Notes: generated by a model not told the origin, from the letters alone. Counted from the stretch's first letter, positions 10,248 to 19,869 are shown. The stretch is DNA of 64,000 nt from Cenarchaeum sp. (GCA_963693095.2 OY843768.1:1600001-1664000); one strand, 5' to 3'. Translations and numbers: made by a program.

Positions 10248-10841
10248 ATGCGCTGGTATGGCATAGTCTGCATACTCGTGCTAGCCGGCGCGCTCTCGGG
10301 GATCATAGTCTTGCAGCTTCCCACGTATAGCCACTGGGCGACGCCGCTGTATGCGGCACTGGGAATGGGGACAGGGTCGTCATCCGGGCCAGAGGCGTCG
10401 ATGGGCGCGCCGACTGCGGTTCCAGAGACTCCGGCCGTCCCGCAGCCAGAGCCGCCAGAGGCCGCCCCTGCTGTCACCCCACCCCCACCGCCTGCGCCAG
10501 GGCCAGTTGCGGCTCCAGAGCTTCCCCCTGCACCCGAGGCCGAGGAGCCGCCTGCAACTTCGGCAGCACCCACGCCGCCTGCGCCAGAGCCAGTTGCGGC
10601 TCCAGAGCCCGAGGCCGCACCCGCACCTGCGGCAACGCGCGAGCCCGAGCAGCGATCCGCGCCGACTGCGGTACCAGAGCCACGGCAGGGAGCCGACCAG
10701 CGATCTGCACCACGAACGGCACCGCCACCTGCGGACAACACGTGCATGCAGCTCGTCGCCCAGCTCCTAAACCTCAACATATCAGATGAAGAGTTTGCCA
10801 GCATAGAGGCCGAGCTCGAGGAGAACGACTGCGGGGCCTAG
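10248..10841 (+). CDS. Membrane-anchored Pro/Ala/Glu-rich protein
   Basis: N-terminal TM helix, PEPV/AAPE low-complexity repeats; starts 3 nt after the previous stop. Confidence 0.65.
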   Translation: MRWYGIVCILVLAGALSGIIVLQLPTYSHWATPLYAALGMGTGSSSGPEASMGAPTAVPETPAVPQPEPPEAAPAVTPPPPPAPGPVAAPELPPAPEAEEPPATSAAPTPPAPEPVAAPEPEAAPAPAATREPEQRSAPTAVPEPRQGADQRSAPRTAPPPADNTCMQLVAQLLNLNISDEEFASIEAELEENDCGA

Positions 10842-10879
10842 CCGTTCTTTGGCCAGGCACGCACGCAGGGAGTCGCAAG

Positions 10880-11692
10880 TCAAGTTCGGCGAGCAGGCGG
10901 AGGTCCGTCCCCAGAGTTCTTTAGCCAGTCAGGCACGCCGGGCATAGCAAGGCTAAACGCGGGGACGGGCACGGTCTCGTCCAGCTCGATCGCACGACAA
11001 AAGGCAGCAATGGCCTCCTCGGTGCGCCCGAGCGAGTCTAGCACGTGCCCGCGGCCAAGGTGCGCCTTGGCGTCATCAGGAGACAGCTCAGAGGCGTACT
11101 CAAAGGCCACAATGGCATCCTCGTGCCGTCCCAGCCTGTATAGCGCAACTGCGAGGCACCTGTGCATGACTCCGTCATCAGGGGCAAGATCCACGGCGCA
11201 GTCGAGCGCATCAAAGGCATCATCGTTCCGGCCAAGGCGGATCAGCGCAATGCCCCTGTTCTTGTGTGCGGCAGCCTGGCCATAATCCATCGATATGGCG
11301 CGATCGAGCGAGTCGAGGGCATCATCATAACGCTTGAGGTTTAGGAGTGCAGTTCCCCTTCCCAGGTGCGCAGCAGGGATATCGGACTGCACAGAGATCG
11401 ACTGCTCAAAGGCGACGAGTGCCTCGTCGTGTCGGCCGAGGATCGTCAACGCGCATCCTCTCCCTGTGTGCGCAGACGCGTTGTCCGGATCAAGGCTCGC
11501 CGCACGATCGAGTGCCGCAAGGCCGGCATCGGCCCTGCGTGGCGAGCCGAGGGCCATGACCATGCGCCGGTGCGCCGCGCCATCCCTTGGGTCACGTCGC
11601 AGCTCGCGCAACGAGGCGTCCAGCTCGGCCATTGCCGCATCAGTGTCCTCCTTGTCCATGGTGTCACGGTCTGCCATGTCCTGCCCCGACAT
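10880..11692 (-). CDS. TPR repeat protein (paralog of 12100-12873)
   Basis: About 6 TPR units; shared MSGQDMA N-terminus. Confidence 0.88.
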   Translation of the reverse strand: MSGQDMADRDTMDKEDTDAAMAELDASLRELRRDPRDGAAHRRMVMALGSPRRADAGLAALDRAASLDPDNASAHTGRGCALTILGRHDEALVAFEQSISVQSDIPAAHLGRGTALLNLKRYDDALDSLDRAISMDYGQAAAHKNRGIALIRLGRNDDAFDALDCAVDLAPDDGVMHRCLAVALYRLGRHEDAIVAFEYASELSPDDAKAHLGRGHVLDSLGRTEEAIAAFCRAIELDETVPVPAFSLAMPGVPDWLKNSGDGPPPARRT

Positions 11693-11788
11693 GGTTTACG
11701 CGCGAGCGCCGCCGGCCTATAACAATTTCCCTGTATCGCCGCGCCGCAGTCACAAAGTTAATAATTTGGCAGACCCTGTGCGCCGACG

Positions 11789-12034
11789 ATGGACGGGGAG
11801 AAAGAGTTTGAGAACACGTTCGCGCCTGCCTGTAAAAACCGCACCCTGACAGTCAGTCAGATTATAACAGGTTTGCAATTCAGCGCATTTAACCTGGAAA
11901 AGCTCCCCGAGGAGATTCGCGACGCAGTCCATGTTGAGATGCAGAGGCGGCAGACAGGGGCAAAAGAGGGCGGGCAGCGCTACCAAGACCACAGGGAGAG
12001 GTGGATGCTCCGTCTGCTCGACACGAGACTATAG
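11789..12034 (+). CDS. Small hypothetical protein, EFENTFAP family copy 1
   Basis: Three paralogs share EFENTFAPxCxNRTLTVxQIITGLQ. Confidence 0.7.
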   Translation: MDGEKEFENTFAPACKNRTLTVSQIITGLQFSAFNLEKLPEEIRDAVHVEMQRRQTGAKEGGQRYQDHRERWMLRLLDTRL

Positions 12035-12099
12035 GTGTGGGATCGCAAGCTGTCAGGAGCCGACAGGGCGAACAGCGCGGGCTCACACGGGCTTGTGCC

Positions 12100-12873
12100 C
12101 TAGCAAAACATGGGCACCGGCGAGGCATGATCCAGTTCGACTGCCCTGCGATAGGCGTCGATGGCCTCGTCGTTCTTTCCCAGCGACTCTAGCACATATC
12201 CACGACCGAGGTGCGCGTCAGCATCGTCGGCTGCCAGTTCTGATGCTCGCTCAAAGGCCGCAATGGCCTCGTCGTGTCGGTCTAGCTTGTGAAGCGCCAT
12301 TCCAAGGCATTTTTGCACGGCCTCATCATCCGGAGCCATGACAGCCGCACGCTCGATGGCCTCGAGGGCATCGGCACGGCGGTCAAGGTAGAGAAGCGCG
12401 ATGCCCCTATTCTTTTGTGCTACTGCCTGGTCGGGATCCAGCGATATTGCGAGATCGAGCTCGACGAGCGCCTCTTCGTAACGGTCGAGGTGCAGAAGCG
12501 CCGTTCCCTTTCCCAAGTGCGCCGCAAAAACTCTGGGCTCTAGGAGAATCGAGCGCTCAAAGGCCGCTAGCGCCTCATCGTAACGCTCAAGGGTCACTAG
12601 CTCCCCATCGTAACGCTCAAGGGCCAAGAGTGCGCATCCGCGCCCCATGTAGGCGACTGCGTCAGACGGGTCAAGGTGCGCGGCGCAGTCGAGGGCAGCG
12701 AGGCCGGCGTCGGCCCTGTGCTGTGATCCGAGAGCTGCGATCATGCGCCGGTATGCCGCAGCATCATTTGGATCACGTCGCAGCTCGCGCAGCGAGGCGT
12801 CCAGCTCGGCCATCGCCGCATCAATGTCCTCCTTGTCCATGGCGTCAGGTTCTGCCATGTCCTGCCCCGACAT
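12100..12873 (-). CDS. TPR repeat protein
   Basis: TPR units; close paralog of 10880-11692. Confidence 0.88.
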   Translation of the reverse strand: MSGQDMAEPDAMDKEDIDAAMAELDASLRELRRDPNDAAAYRRMIAALGSQHRADAGLAALDCAAHLDPSDAVAYMGRGCALLALERYDGELVTLERYDEALAAFERSILLEPRVFAAHLGKGTALLHLDRYEEALVELDLAISLDPDQAVAQKNRGIALLYLDRRADALEAIERAAVMAPDDEAVQKCLGMALHKLDRHDEAIAAFERASELAADDADAHLGRGYVLESLGKNDEAIDAYRRAVELDHASPVPMFC

Positions 12874-12969
12874 GGTTCACGCGTGGACACCACCGGCCTA
12901 TAACAATTTCCCCGTATTGGCGCACCATAGTCACAAAGTTAATAATTTGGCAGGTCCTGTGCGCCGACG

Positions 12970-13227
12970 ATGGACGGGGAGAGGGAGTTTGAGAACACGT
13001 TCGCTCCAGATTGTGAGAACCGCACGCTGACAGTTGATCAGATCATAACGGGCCTGCAGGTCGGCGCCTTTCATATGGACATGCTCTCAATGGAGATTCG
13101 TGATGCCGTGCATGAAGAAATGAAGGTGCGGCGAGCATTAATACAGAAATACGGCGATTTGTACCCAGACCCAAAGCAGATGTGGAAGCTCGACCTGCTA
13201 GACGCCAGGCTAGAGGTGCGCCAATGA
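12970..13227 (+). CDS. Small hypothetical protein, EFENTFAP family copy 2
   Basis: Paralogy; stop overlaps the next start (ATGA). Confidence 0.7.
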   Translation: MDGEREFENTFAPDCENRTLTVDQIITGLQVGAFHMDMLSMEIRDAVHEEMKVRRALIQKYGDLYPDPKQMWKLDLLDARLEVRQ

Positions 13228-13514
13228 CTGACGGAGATCAAGAGTTTGAGAACACGTTCGCACCCGATTGCAGAAACCGCACCCTGACAGTTGATCAGAT
13301 CATAACGGGCCTGCAGGTCAGCGCATTCCATTTTGACAAGCTCCCCAAGGAGATTCGCGATGCCGTGCATGAAAGGATGAAGGTGCGAGACGCGTTAATA
13401 CAGAAATACGGCGCGCTGTATCCGGATCCAAAGGAGATGTGGAAGCTCGACCTGCTAGACGCCAGGCTAGAGGTGCGCGGCCAGGCATGCAAGCCCACGA
13501 CGGCCGGTTCCTGA
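13224..13514 (+). CDS. Small hypothetical protein, EFENTFAP family copy 3
   Basis: MTDGDQEFENTFAPDC...; tandem duplicate of copy 2. Confidence 0.7.
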   Translation: MTDGDQEFENTFAPDCRNRTLTVDQIITGLQVSAFHFDKLPKEIRDAVHERMKVRDALIQKYGALYPDPKEMWKLDLLDARLEVRGQACKPTTAGS

Positions 13515-13599
13515 CCTCAGATAGGCCCTGGGCACCCGCGCTCGCCCACACGCCCCTGCCCCATCTGGATAAATAGGGGCACCCGCGCGCGCCCAACCC

Positions 13600-13953
13600 A
13601 TGCCCAGCGCGTTTGACATCGCCATCATCGGCCTCGGCGTCTTTGTCGCCGCCGGCACGGTCTATATCGCGATCTTTTCGATAACGCCCGAGAAGTGGCC
13701 CGATGACACGCCGGCGCACATTGCCGAGGGGTGCCGCGCAGAGGCCAAGGCCCAGTGGTGCTCGGCGATCCTCGCCCTGGCGTGGGCAGCATCAGAGTGC
13801 GCCGAGACGGACTATGGCGAGTACGAGGGGTGCATGAACACAGAGTTCGCCGAGCGCGGCGGCAACCGCAACGACATATCCTCAGATTTGTGGCCCGTCT
13901 TTTGGGGCAAGGACACGATACTCTGGGACCTCGTAGGCGAGATACCCGAGTGA
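13600..13953 (+). CDS. Hypothetical membrane protein with four Cys
   Basis: N-terminal TM helix; ATAAATA about 24 nt upstream. Confidence 0.6.
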   Translation: MPSAFDIAIIGLGVFVAAGTVYIAIFSITPEKWPDDTPAHIAEGCRAEAKAQWCSAILALAWAASECAETDYGEYEGCMNTEFAERGGNRNDISSDLWPVFWGKDTILWDLVGEIPE

Positions 13954-13954
13954 G

Positions 13955-14056
13955 TTAGCACCCAAAGCCCAGAACCTCCATTGCAATGATCGCAGCGCCC
14001 GTCGCAATCCCGCCGACTCCGACGTACATGAATGCGGCCGTCAGCCTGTCGTTCAT
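13955..14056 (-). CDS. 33-aa hydrophobic micropeptide ending LGFGC
   Basis: MNDRLTAAFMYVGVGGIATGAAIIAMEVLGFGC*. Confidence 0.55.
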   Translation of the reverse strand: MNDRLTAAFMYVGVGGIATGAAIIAMEVLGFGC

Positions 14057-14060
14057 CGGC

Positions 14061-14162
14061 TCAGCACCCATACCCCAGCGCGTGAACAGAGATGACGGCA
14101 ACGCCGACGACAATGAGGCCGTATGCGGCCAGGACGAGTGAGCGGCTCCCTTCCCTTTTCAT
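14061..14162 (-). CDS. 33-aa hydrophobic micropeptide ending LGYGC
   Basis: MKREGSRSLVLAAYGLIVVGVAVISVHALGYGC*. Confidence 0.55.
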   Translation of the reverse strand: MKREGSRSLVLAAYGLIVVGVAVISVHALGYGC

Positions 14163-14278
14163 GCCAGAGCGGTGCCCCCGTGTGCCATCTGACATGCCTG
14201 CGCCCTGACGGGGATTTAGGTGTCGCGCAGTCTCTCCCAAACCCCTTTAAGGCAGCCCCCGGCGCGCGCACTGCAGAG

Positions 14279-14791
14279 ATGGCCTTTGTGATATGGATGA
14301 CCGGCCTGCCCTGCTCGGGCAAGACTACCATCGTGCGCGAGCTCCAAAAGTCAATCCCAAACCTGGCAATGCTAGACGGCGACGAGCTGCGCGAGTGGCT
14401 CTCGCCCAAGGACTTTACAAAGGCGGGCCGTGATGAGCACAACGTAAAGGTCGCCCACCTCGCGCGCCTCCTCCACGGCCACGGCGTGCCTGTCGCAGTA
14501 TCGCTCGTCAGCCCATACATCGAGAACCGCAGCCGCGCGCGCGAGATAGTCAACGCAGGCGACGCATTTGCCGAGGTCTACGTAAAGTGCGCCCTAGAGC
14601 GCTGCGAGGAGCGCGACGTAAAGGGCATGTACAAAAAGGCCCGAAGCGGCGAGATAGCCACGTTTACAGGCGTGAGCGACCCCTACGAGGAGCCGCCGTC
14701 GCCGGACATAACGGTGGACACACAGTCCGAAGGCGTCGCCGAGTCGGCCCGAAAGATATCCGAGTTTCTCGCATCGCGCAAGCTGGCCTAG
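14279..14791 (+). CDS. cysC: Adenylylsulfate kinase
   Basis: WMTGLPCSGKTT, LDGDELR, RDVKGMYKKAR, FTGVSDPYEEP. Confidence 0.95.
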   Translation: MAFVIWMTGLPCSGKTTIVRELQKSIPNLAMLDGDELREWLSPKDFTKAGRDEHNVKVAHLARLLHGHGVPVAVSLVSPYIENRSRAREIVNAGDAFAEVYVKCALERCEERDVKGMYKKARSGEIATFTGVSDPYEEPPSPDITVDTQSEGVAESARKISEFLASRKLA

Positions 14792-15633
14792 GCCAGGGCC
14801 GCGCGGCACTCGCCGACTGCAATATCGTGTATGCGCCCGCCGCTGCTCGCAATTATTCCATGCCTGTGCGCGACGCTCTGCGGGCCATATTCCAGCTCGC
14901 CGCCGAGCGCGTCAGTCATGCGCCCGCCGGCCTCTGTCACGACACACCATGACGCGCACGTGTCCCACTGTTTCATCCTGTCTGTCGTCGTCACGTAAAT
15001 GTCAGCCGTGCCGGCAGCTACATTGCACGCCTTTATCGAGCTGCCGACCGGAACCGTCTCGGCGACGCCGAGTGACTGTAGGACTGCGCGGTCCACGTCA
15101 GAGAGGTGGTTCCTGCTGCAGACTGCGCGGCACTCGGAGGTCTCGCGTTCAGGCCCCACGCGTAGCCTGCTCCAGGCGCCCTCGACTCCGCGAAACGAGC
15201 CGGCCCCGTCCTGCGCCACAAAGACTGCGCGCGCGGCCGGCTGCACGATAACGCCGAGGACTGGCCTTCCGACGCGCACTAGGCCGGCCATTATCGTAAA
15301 CTCGCCGGTCCGCGCGACATAGTCAGCCGTCCCGTCAAGGGGGTCCACAATCCACGCAGTCTCGGCAGCCGCACGCGAGGACGCCTCGCCCTCCTCGGAG
15401 AGCACGGCGTGGCCGGTCTTTGCGAGTGAGTCAGATATGATGCGGTGCGATGACATGTCCGCATCAGTCACCGGCGAGCCGTCATCCTTTTCCCTGGTCC
15501 CGTGCTCGCCGGCGTATATCGCCATGACGGCACCAGAGGCCTCGCCGAGTGCCGCCATGGCCACTGCGAGCTCGGGCATTGCGTGCGGGATTGGCGGCTC
15601 GCCGAGTGCGCAGAGCCAGCCAGAGGCGTCCAT
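14788..15633 (-). CDS. cysQ: 3'(2'),5'-bisphosphate nucleotidase (CysQ)
   Basis: SPVTDAD, LSEE, WIVDPLDGT, GSSIK, WDTCA. Confidence 0.9.
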   Translation of the reverse strand: MDASGWLCALGEPPIPHAMPELAVAMAALGEASGAVMAIYAGEHGTREKDDGSPVTDADMSSHRIISDSLAKTGHAVLSEEGEASSRAAAETAWIVDPLDGTADYVARTGEFTIMAGLVRVGRPVLGVIVQPAARAVFVAQDGAGSFRGVEGAWSRLRVGPERETSECRAVCSRNHLSDVDRAVLQSLGVAETVPVGSSIKACNVAAGTADIYVTTTDRMKQWDTCASWCVVTEAGGRMTDALGGELEYGPQSVAHRHGIIASSGGRIHDIAVGECRAALA

Positions 15634-15634
15634 C

Positions 15635-15832
15635 TCAGGATGCCAGCTCGGGGCGCGCCGACCAGACGATGCCTAGCATCACAAACGGTATGGACATTAT
15701 TCCGACGATCCCAAGTATCGTATACAGCGACGCGTCGCTGACTGCCTCGTTGCCGATGAGCCATGGGAGGGGCAGCGAGATGACAAACCAGATCGACGCG
15801 AGTAGTATGTAGAGCCGCACGCGCGAGCGCAT
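15635..15832 (-). CDS. Small two-TM membrane protein
   Basis: MRSRVRLYILLASIWFVISLPLPW...; in tandem with cysQ. Confidence 0.7.
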   Translation of the reverse strand: MRSRVRLYILLASIWFVISLPLPWLIGNEAVSDASLYTILGIVGIMSIPFVMLGIVWSARPELAS

Positions 15833-15878
15833 TATGGCGTTCTGGCGCGCAAGGCGCCCTAATAACGTGACTGCCCTG

Positions 15879-15902
15879 ATCAGAAATTTCAACATTTCTG
15901 AT
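15879..15902. promoter_or_regulatory. Palindromic operator-like site in an AT-rich intergenic region
   Basis: ATCAGAAAT-N6-ATTTCTGAT perfect inverted repeat, upstream of TTATATAT at about 15931. Confidence 0.4.
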
Positions 15903-15963
15903 GTTTTATTGGAATATTTCATGCCAAGTGTTATATATTCAGGCCGTTATAGGGGGATTGCAG

Positions 15964-16101
15964 TTGAAGGTTGCAAAATCCACGACTGCGACGGTGACCC
16001 CAGGGGGCGCAAGAACACGCCCTGCCTCGGCAGGGGCCGGGAGGCAATCTCCCCATGCTCCCCGTTCAATGGGGTCACGGTTTCTCGTACAGGCTGACTG
16101 A
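15964..16101 (+). CDS. Small hypothetical protein (~45 aa) or structured RNA
   Basis: TTG-started KVAKSTTATVTP...SPHAPRSMG downstream of a TATA box; from memory it resembles a short conserved Nitrosopumilus ORF (unverified). Confidence 0.4.
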   Translation: MKVAKSTTATVTPGGARTRPASAGAGRQSPHAPRSMGSRFLVQAD

Positions 16102-16518
16102 GACGGATCCGTTCACAGAGCCGTTTGGGTCCACAGTCACCGTGAGCGCGCCGGCGGCGGCGACCTCTAGGGCGCGGTGGCCGATATAGTCCCACGTATA
16201 GTACTCGGCGGCCTCGGTTCCCTGGCGCTCGCTTGTGAGCCTAAAGGTCTCGGAGAACGCCGTCAGGCCATCACCGCCGACTGTGACTGTGAGGCGCGGC
16301 GGCGAGTCGCCATTGGGCACAAAGCGCAGCTCGTGCGTGCCGGCTGCCAGCTCGACTGTCCTCGCATAGACGCCGTTCTCATAGAGCGCGGGATCGGCAA
16401 GCGTGGCGTGAAAGACCGGCTCGTGGGAGTCGATATCGCCTGAAAACGTCGTCGCAAAGGCGTACGCGCAGACTGCGACTGCGGCGATGATGACTAGCGT
16501 GACTAGGCGGGCCTTCAC
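16075..16518 (-). CDS. Membrane-anchored hypothetical protein
   Basis: N-terminal TM helix, FHATLADP, FVPNGDSP, YYTWDY, DPNG. Confidence 0.7.
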   Translation of the reverse strand: MKARLVTLVIIAAVAVCAYAFATTFSGDIDSHEPVFHATLADPALYENGVYARTVELAAGTHELRFVPNGDSPPRLTVTVGGDGLTAFSETFRLTSERQGTEAAEYYTWDYIGHRALEVAAAGALTVTVDPNGSVNGSVSVSLYEKP

Positions 16519-16622
16519 GGGGAACCCACGCGTGGGGGGCGTAAATATAGCTTTAGCCCTTGTCAAACCAAGCTCACACTCGGGGTTAAGAGCCCTTTGG
16601 GCCAACGCACATATCGATAGGC

Positions 16623-17276
16623 ATGGCAAGCTTTCAAAAGACATGGAATAGGCCCGAACAGCAGGGAATCAGCACAAAGGTCGGCTCGCTCGTAAAGCCG
16701 CAAGGCGCGCTAAAGCCCAGGGTCGAGGCGGCCATAGCGAGGATTCAGAAACAGGGCACAAAGCTTGACGCAATGCTCGCAAAGCTGCGCGATCGCGACG
16801 CGGCCGTCTTTTCAAAGGTTGTAGAGGCGACACAGCGCCACGACACGGCCGGCGCAAAGGTCCTCTCGTGCGAGCTCATCGAGATACGCAAGGTCTCGCG
16901 CGTTCTAGGCAACGCGCGCATGGCCCTCCAAAAGGTCGAGCTCCGCCTCACGACGGCGCACGACGTGGGCGACACGCTAGTTGCGATAATGCCGACGATC
17001 GGCGTGATGAACGGCATGAAGTCCTCACTCTCAAAGTTCATGCCAGGCGCAGACCAGGAGATATCGAGAATGTCCGAGGTTCTTGGCGGCATGGTCGGCG
17101 AGTCGTTTGGCGACGGTGGCGCCTTTGGGCAGGACACGACGATGACGCCCGAGGCCGAGAGCATACTCCAGGAGGCAGGTGCTGTCGCCGAGGTCAACGT
17201 CGGCGGAAACCTGCCGCAGATGCCCGCAGAGGTCGGCGAGTCGACATCCGAGACATCAGAGTCAAAGTTCTTCTAG
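16623..17276 (+). CDS. cdvB: CdvB / ESCRT-III (Snf7) family cell-division protein paralog
   Basis: KPQGALKPRV...ELIEIRKV...VELRLTTAHDVGD...EAESILQEA. Which paralog cannot be determined. Confidence 0.85.
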   Translation: MASFQKTWNRPEQQGISTKVGSLVKPQGALKPRVEAAIARIQKQGTKLDAMLAKLRDRDAAVFSKVVEATQRHDTAGAKVLSCELIEIRKVSRVLGNARMALQKVELRLTTAHDVGDTLVAIMPTIGVMNGMKSSLSKFMPGADQEISRMSEVLGGMVGESFGDGGAFGQDTTMTPEAESILQEAGAVAEVNVGGNLPQMPAEVGESTSETSESKFF

Positions 17277-17329
17277 CGCGCCTGCAATAGAGTCTGTGCG
17301 CAATAGTGTTTTTTTCTCCTCGCGAAATC

Positions 17330-17764
17330 TCATACCCACGAGCAGGCCAGGCCAAGCCAGACAATGATGCCCGATGGCACCAGCGCAAGGCCGCACACAA
17401 TGCCGACGAGTGGGGGATCGCGCCCTAGCAGGCCAGGGCGGGGAACGGAGCTGCGCGGGCTGTCAAATGTTCCGCGCATGCCAAGACCAAAGAGGGCGCT
17501 TGATCCCAGGAGGAATGCCATGCCCACATAGTCGAGCCAGTGCAGGGCCGAGTTTCCAAAATAGCCCGAGTACCACCATCCCGAGAGGAGCGACCAGGCC
17601 GCGTGCGCGGCCCAGTCAAGCGGCACGCCCTGCGGCGCAGCAGATGTCGGCAGTGGCGCCGGCATGCAGGACCAGTCAGCAAGCAGGCTCGAGATGGCCA
17701 GCGAGGCTGACTCGTGGAGGCTCCAGGTCATCACATGGCAGTGCCGTGAGGGCCATAATAACAC
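17330..17764 (-). CDS. Hypothetical membrane protein
   Basis: ORF with 2-3 hydrophobic segments; start uncertain. Confidence 0.45.
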   Translation of the reverse strand: MLLWPSRHCHVMTWSLHESASLAISSLLADWSCMPAPLPTSAAPQGVPLDWAAHAAWSLLSGWWYSGYFGNSALHWLDYVGMAFLLGSSALFGLGMRGTFDSPRSSVPRPGLLGRDPPLVGIVCGLALVPSGIIVWLGLACSWV

Positions 17765-17938
17765 TGGCGCATGTCATGGGGCAGAGTTGTCGCCGACTCG
17801 CGCCCTAGCGCCGACTGGCAAGGTACAGGTCATGGGAGCATTCACTCGACGCGCAGCGCAAGTCGAATATGTGCGTGATCCAAGTCGTGCACAGCACTCC
17901 ATGGGATAGATATGCGCGCAGGTTTTGGGGGTGTGCGC

Positions 17939-18472
17939 CTATGCCGTGCCCGGTCTATCATCGGGCCGGCCTGACTCGCGGAATGCGCGCGTCCTAGATG
18001 ACTCGGCGTTGACGATCTCGTCGAGCTCCGTTATCATCGCGCGAAGCGTCGCCATGCGTTCGGCGGCCTCGACTGCTGCTGCCTCGACGGCTGCACGGCG
18101 CTCCTTTAGTGCCGCTAGGCCGCGGCGCTCCTCCTCGATGTACTCTTGGATCTTTACGAGCTTTTCGCGCAGGTTCTTTACCTCGACGGACTCGTCCTCG
18201 ATCTCCTTTTCTAGGACGGTTCGCTTGTCCTTTAGCGACTTTATCATTATGCCGACGCCGTCGACGGCGGCCTCGAGGCTGGCCCTGCGGCCCATGAGCG
18301 CGCTGATTCCAAGCTCGCTTCCATCCTGCGCGCCGGTCCTCTCGGCGCCTGCCTGCCCCTGTGGCGCATCCTGCGCTGACGGGCCGGCCGGCCTGCCTGC
18401 CTCGCCCTGCTCTGGTGCTGCTGCGCTGACTCCGCCCTCGTCCTCGCCGCGCAACCTGTCAAATAGGCCCAT
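17939..18472 (-). CDS. Coiled-coil hypothetical protein
   Basis: MGLFDRL..., IKSLKDKRTVLEKEIEDESV heptads. Confidence 0.75.
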   Translation of the reverse strand: MGLFDRLRGEDEGGVSAAAPEQGEAGRPAGPSAQDAPQGQAGAERTGAQDGSELGISALMGRRASLEAAVDGVGIMIKSLKDKRTVLEKEIEDESVEVKNLREKLVKIQEYIEEERRGLAALKERRAAVEAAAVEAAERMATLRAMITELDEIVNAESSRTRAFRESGRPDDRPGTA

Positions 18473-18720
18473 GGGCAAGGCGGCAAACGCGCGCATAATT
18501 AAAGATAAGTCTGCGCGCGTGCGCGTGGGCGCGCCGAGGGGCCCGAATTTGGCATGTGCCCAGAGGCCGCGTCACAGACGAGTCAGGTCGAGCCTTGCGG
18601 TTGCTGTGGGATGGCCAGGATTGCAGCTCGCCCCTATGGCCTCCGTTTGAGGGGTCACGGGCGGCCTCGTGGCCACGGTGTCGAGTCAGTGCTTAAATGT
18701 GGATCGCATTCCACGCTGGA

Positions 18721-18796
18721 GCAGATATGTGGCGTCTACGGGTGCCACAGTCGAGCCGGGCCTGGTGTGCCGAGTTGCGGGATAGCCAGGACCGCA
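18721..18796 (+). ncRNA. DUF3800-associated two-hairpin RNA candidate, copy 1
   Basis: GCAGAT-ATGTGG..TACG..CCACAGTC-GAGC-CGG.CCTGG...CCAGGACCGCA; CTTAAAT upstream. Confidence 0.6.
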
Positions 18797-18889
18797 ACTC
18801 CCACCTCATGGCCTCCATTGGAGGTCATGGACGGCCTCGTGGCCACGTGTCGAGTCAGTGTTTAAATTGGGGTCGTATTTCACGCGGTG

Positions 18890-18967
18890 GCAGATGTGTG
18901 CGGCCCATAGGTAGCACAGTCGAGCCGGTCCTGGCTTCGCCGCTCTTGCGGGGTGGTCAGGACCGCA
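18890..18967 (+). ncRNA. DUF3800-associated RNA candidate, copy 2
   Basis: Same motif; inner stem CCGC/GCGG; TTTAAAT upstream; ends 7 nt from the DUF3800 stop. Confidence 0.7.
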
Positions 18968-18974
18968 TCCTTTC

Positions 18975-19718
18975 CTATTGCACCGACTTGCGGAGCATGT
19001 GGGAGATCTTTGGCTCTAGCAACGCATACCAGTGGGCGAACGATTCTGGTTCCTCGTCTCCATTAACCTTGCCTATGATATACGCAATCATGTCGGCCAG
19101 CTGAATCTGGCTGCAAGACGTGGAATTCACAAAGACTGGCCTAGGCATGACGAGTCGACCCATAGGCCCGCCTGCAGCCGCAATAGGGCGCAAGGCTTGC
19201 GCAATGGTCTTGCCAACAGTCATGCTGGTCTCGTCATTATACCTGTCAAGCAGGATCATGCTCACCTTGCCGGGGGGAGAGCTCAGCAGGGTTCGTCGGA
19301 GCAGAAAAGAGGCATAACCCCAGGACTGGACTGTTGTTTGTGATGACTGGTGTGTGTCAGAGGAAGGGCGTTTGTCCATTATGACCACGTTGATTGTGGC
19401 GTTCATGTTCAGCACAATGTCCACAATGCCGTCAAATATGGCATCATAGTGCATTTTGGCCAAATCTGCGTTTTTTGTGTGCCTGAATAGAAGGTTTTTC
19501 ATGGTATGAGCATGAAACTCCACTCGCTCTAGCTTGCGCCCGCCAAAATGTTTTTTCTTGAGCTCGTGCATGAACAGGCCAACCCTCTGCGATTCCCTTG
19601 CATCCATGGTGATCGTGGCGGTGATGTAGTAAGGGGTGTCAGCTATGCTCTTTGCAGAGCGCGACGGGTTGCCAGAGCTGTCACCGAACGTGAGCAGGAC
19701 GTTTGTGTCGGGTGTCAT
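18975..19718 (-). CDS. DUF3800-family protein, copy A
   Basis: N-terminal FGDSSGN (DESG-like), EFHA, ILLD, C-terminal S..IQLADMIAY (QxxD); TTTTAAG about 24 nt upstream. Confidence 0.8.
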   Translation of the reverse strand: MTPDTNVLLTFGDSSGNPSRSAKSIADTPYYITATITMDARESQRVGLFMHELKKKHFGGRKLERVEFHAHTMKNLLFRHTKNADLAKMHYDAIFDGIVDIVLNMNATINVVIMDKRPSSDTHQSSQTTVQSWGYASFLLRRTLLSSPPGKVSMILLDRYNDETSMTVGKTIAQALRPIAAAGGPMGRLVMPRPVFVNSTSCSQIQLADMIAYIIGKVNGDEEPESFAHWYALLEPKISHMLRKSVQ

Positions 19719-19869
19719 TGCGGCCGCTGCGCGATCATGCCCCTTAAAATGATTAGGGGGGAGGCCGGCGATCATCCAAGGCGTTTGGCGTCGGTGGATC
19801 ATGGTTTAGGGCGAGCTGCCCCCGGGGGCGCGTCAAAAGTCTTAAATCCGCCATGCCGGACAATGCGTC

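Noticed and set aside
14279-15633. cysC/cysQ as part of the phosphorothioation system
   Set aside because: About 8 kb from dnd with unrelated genes between; Dnd sulfur comes from cysteine via DndA.
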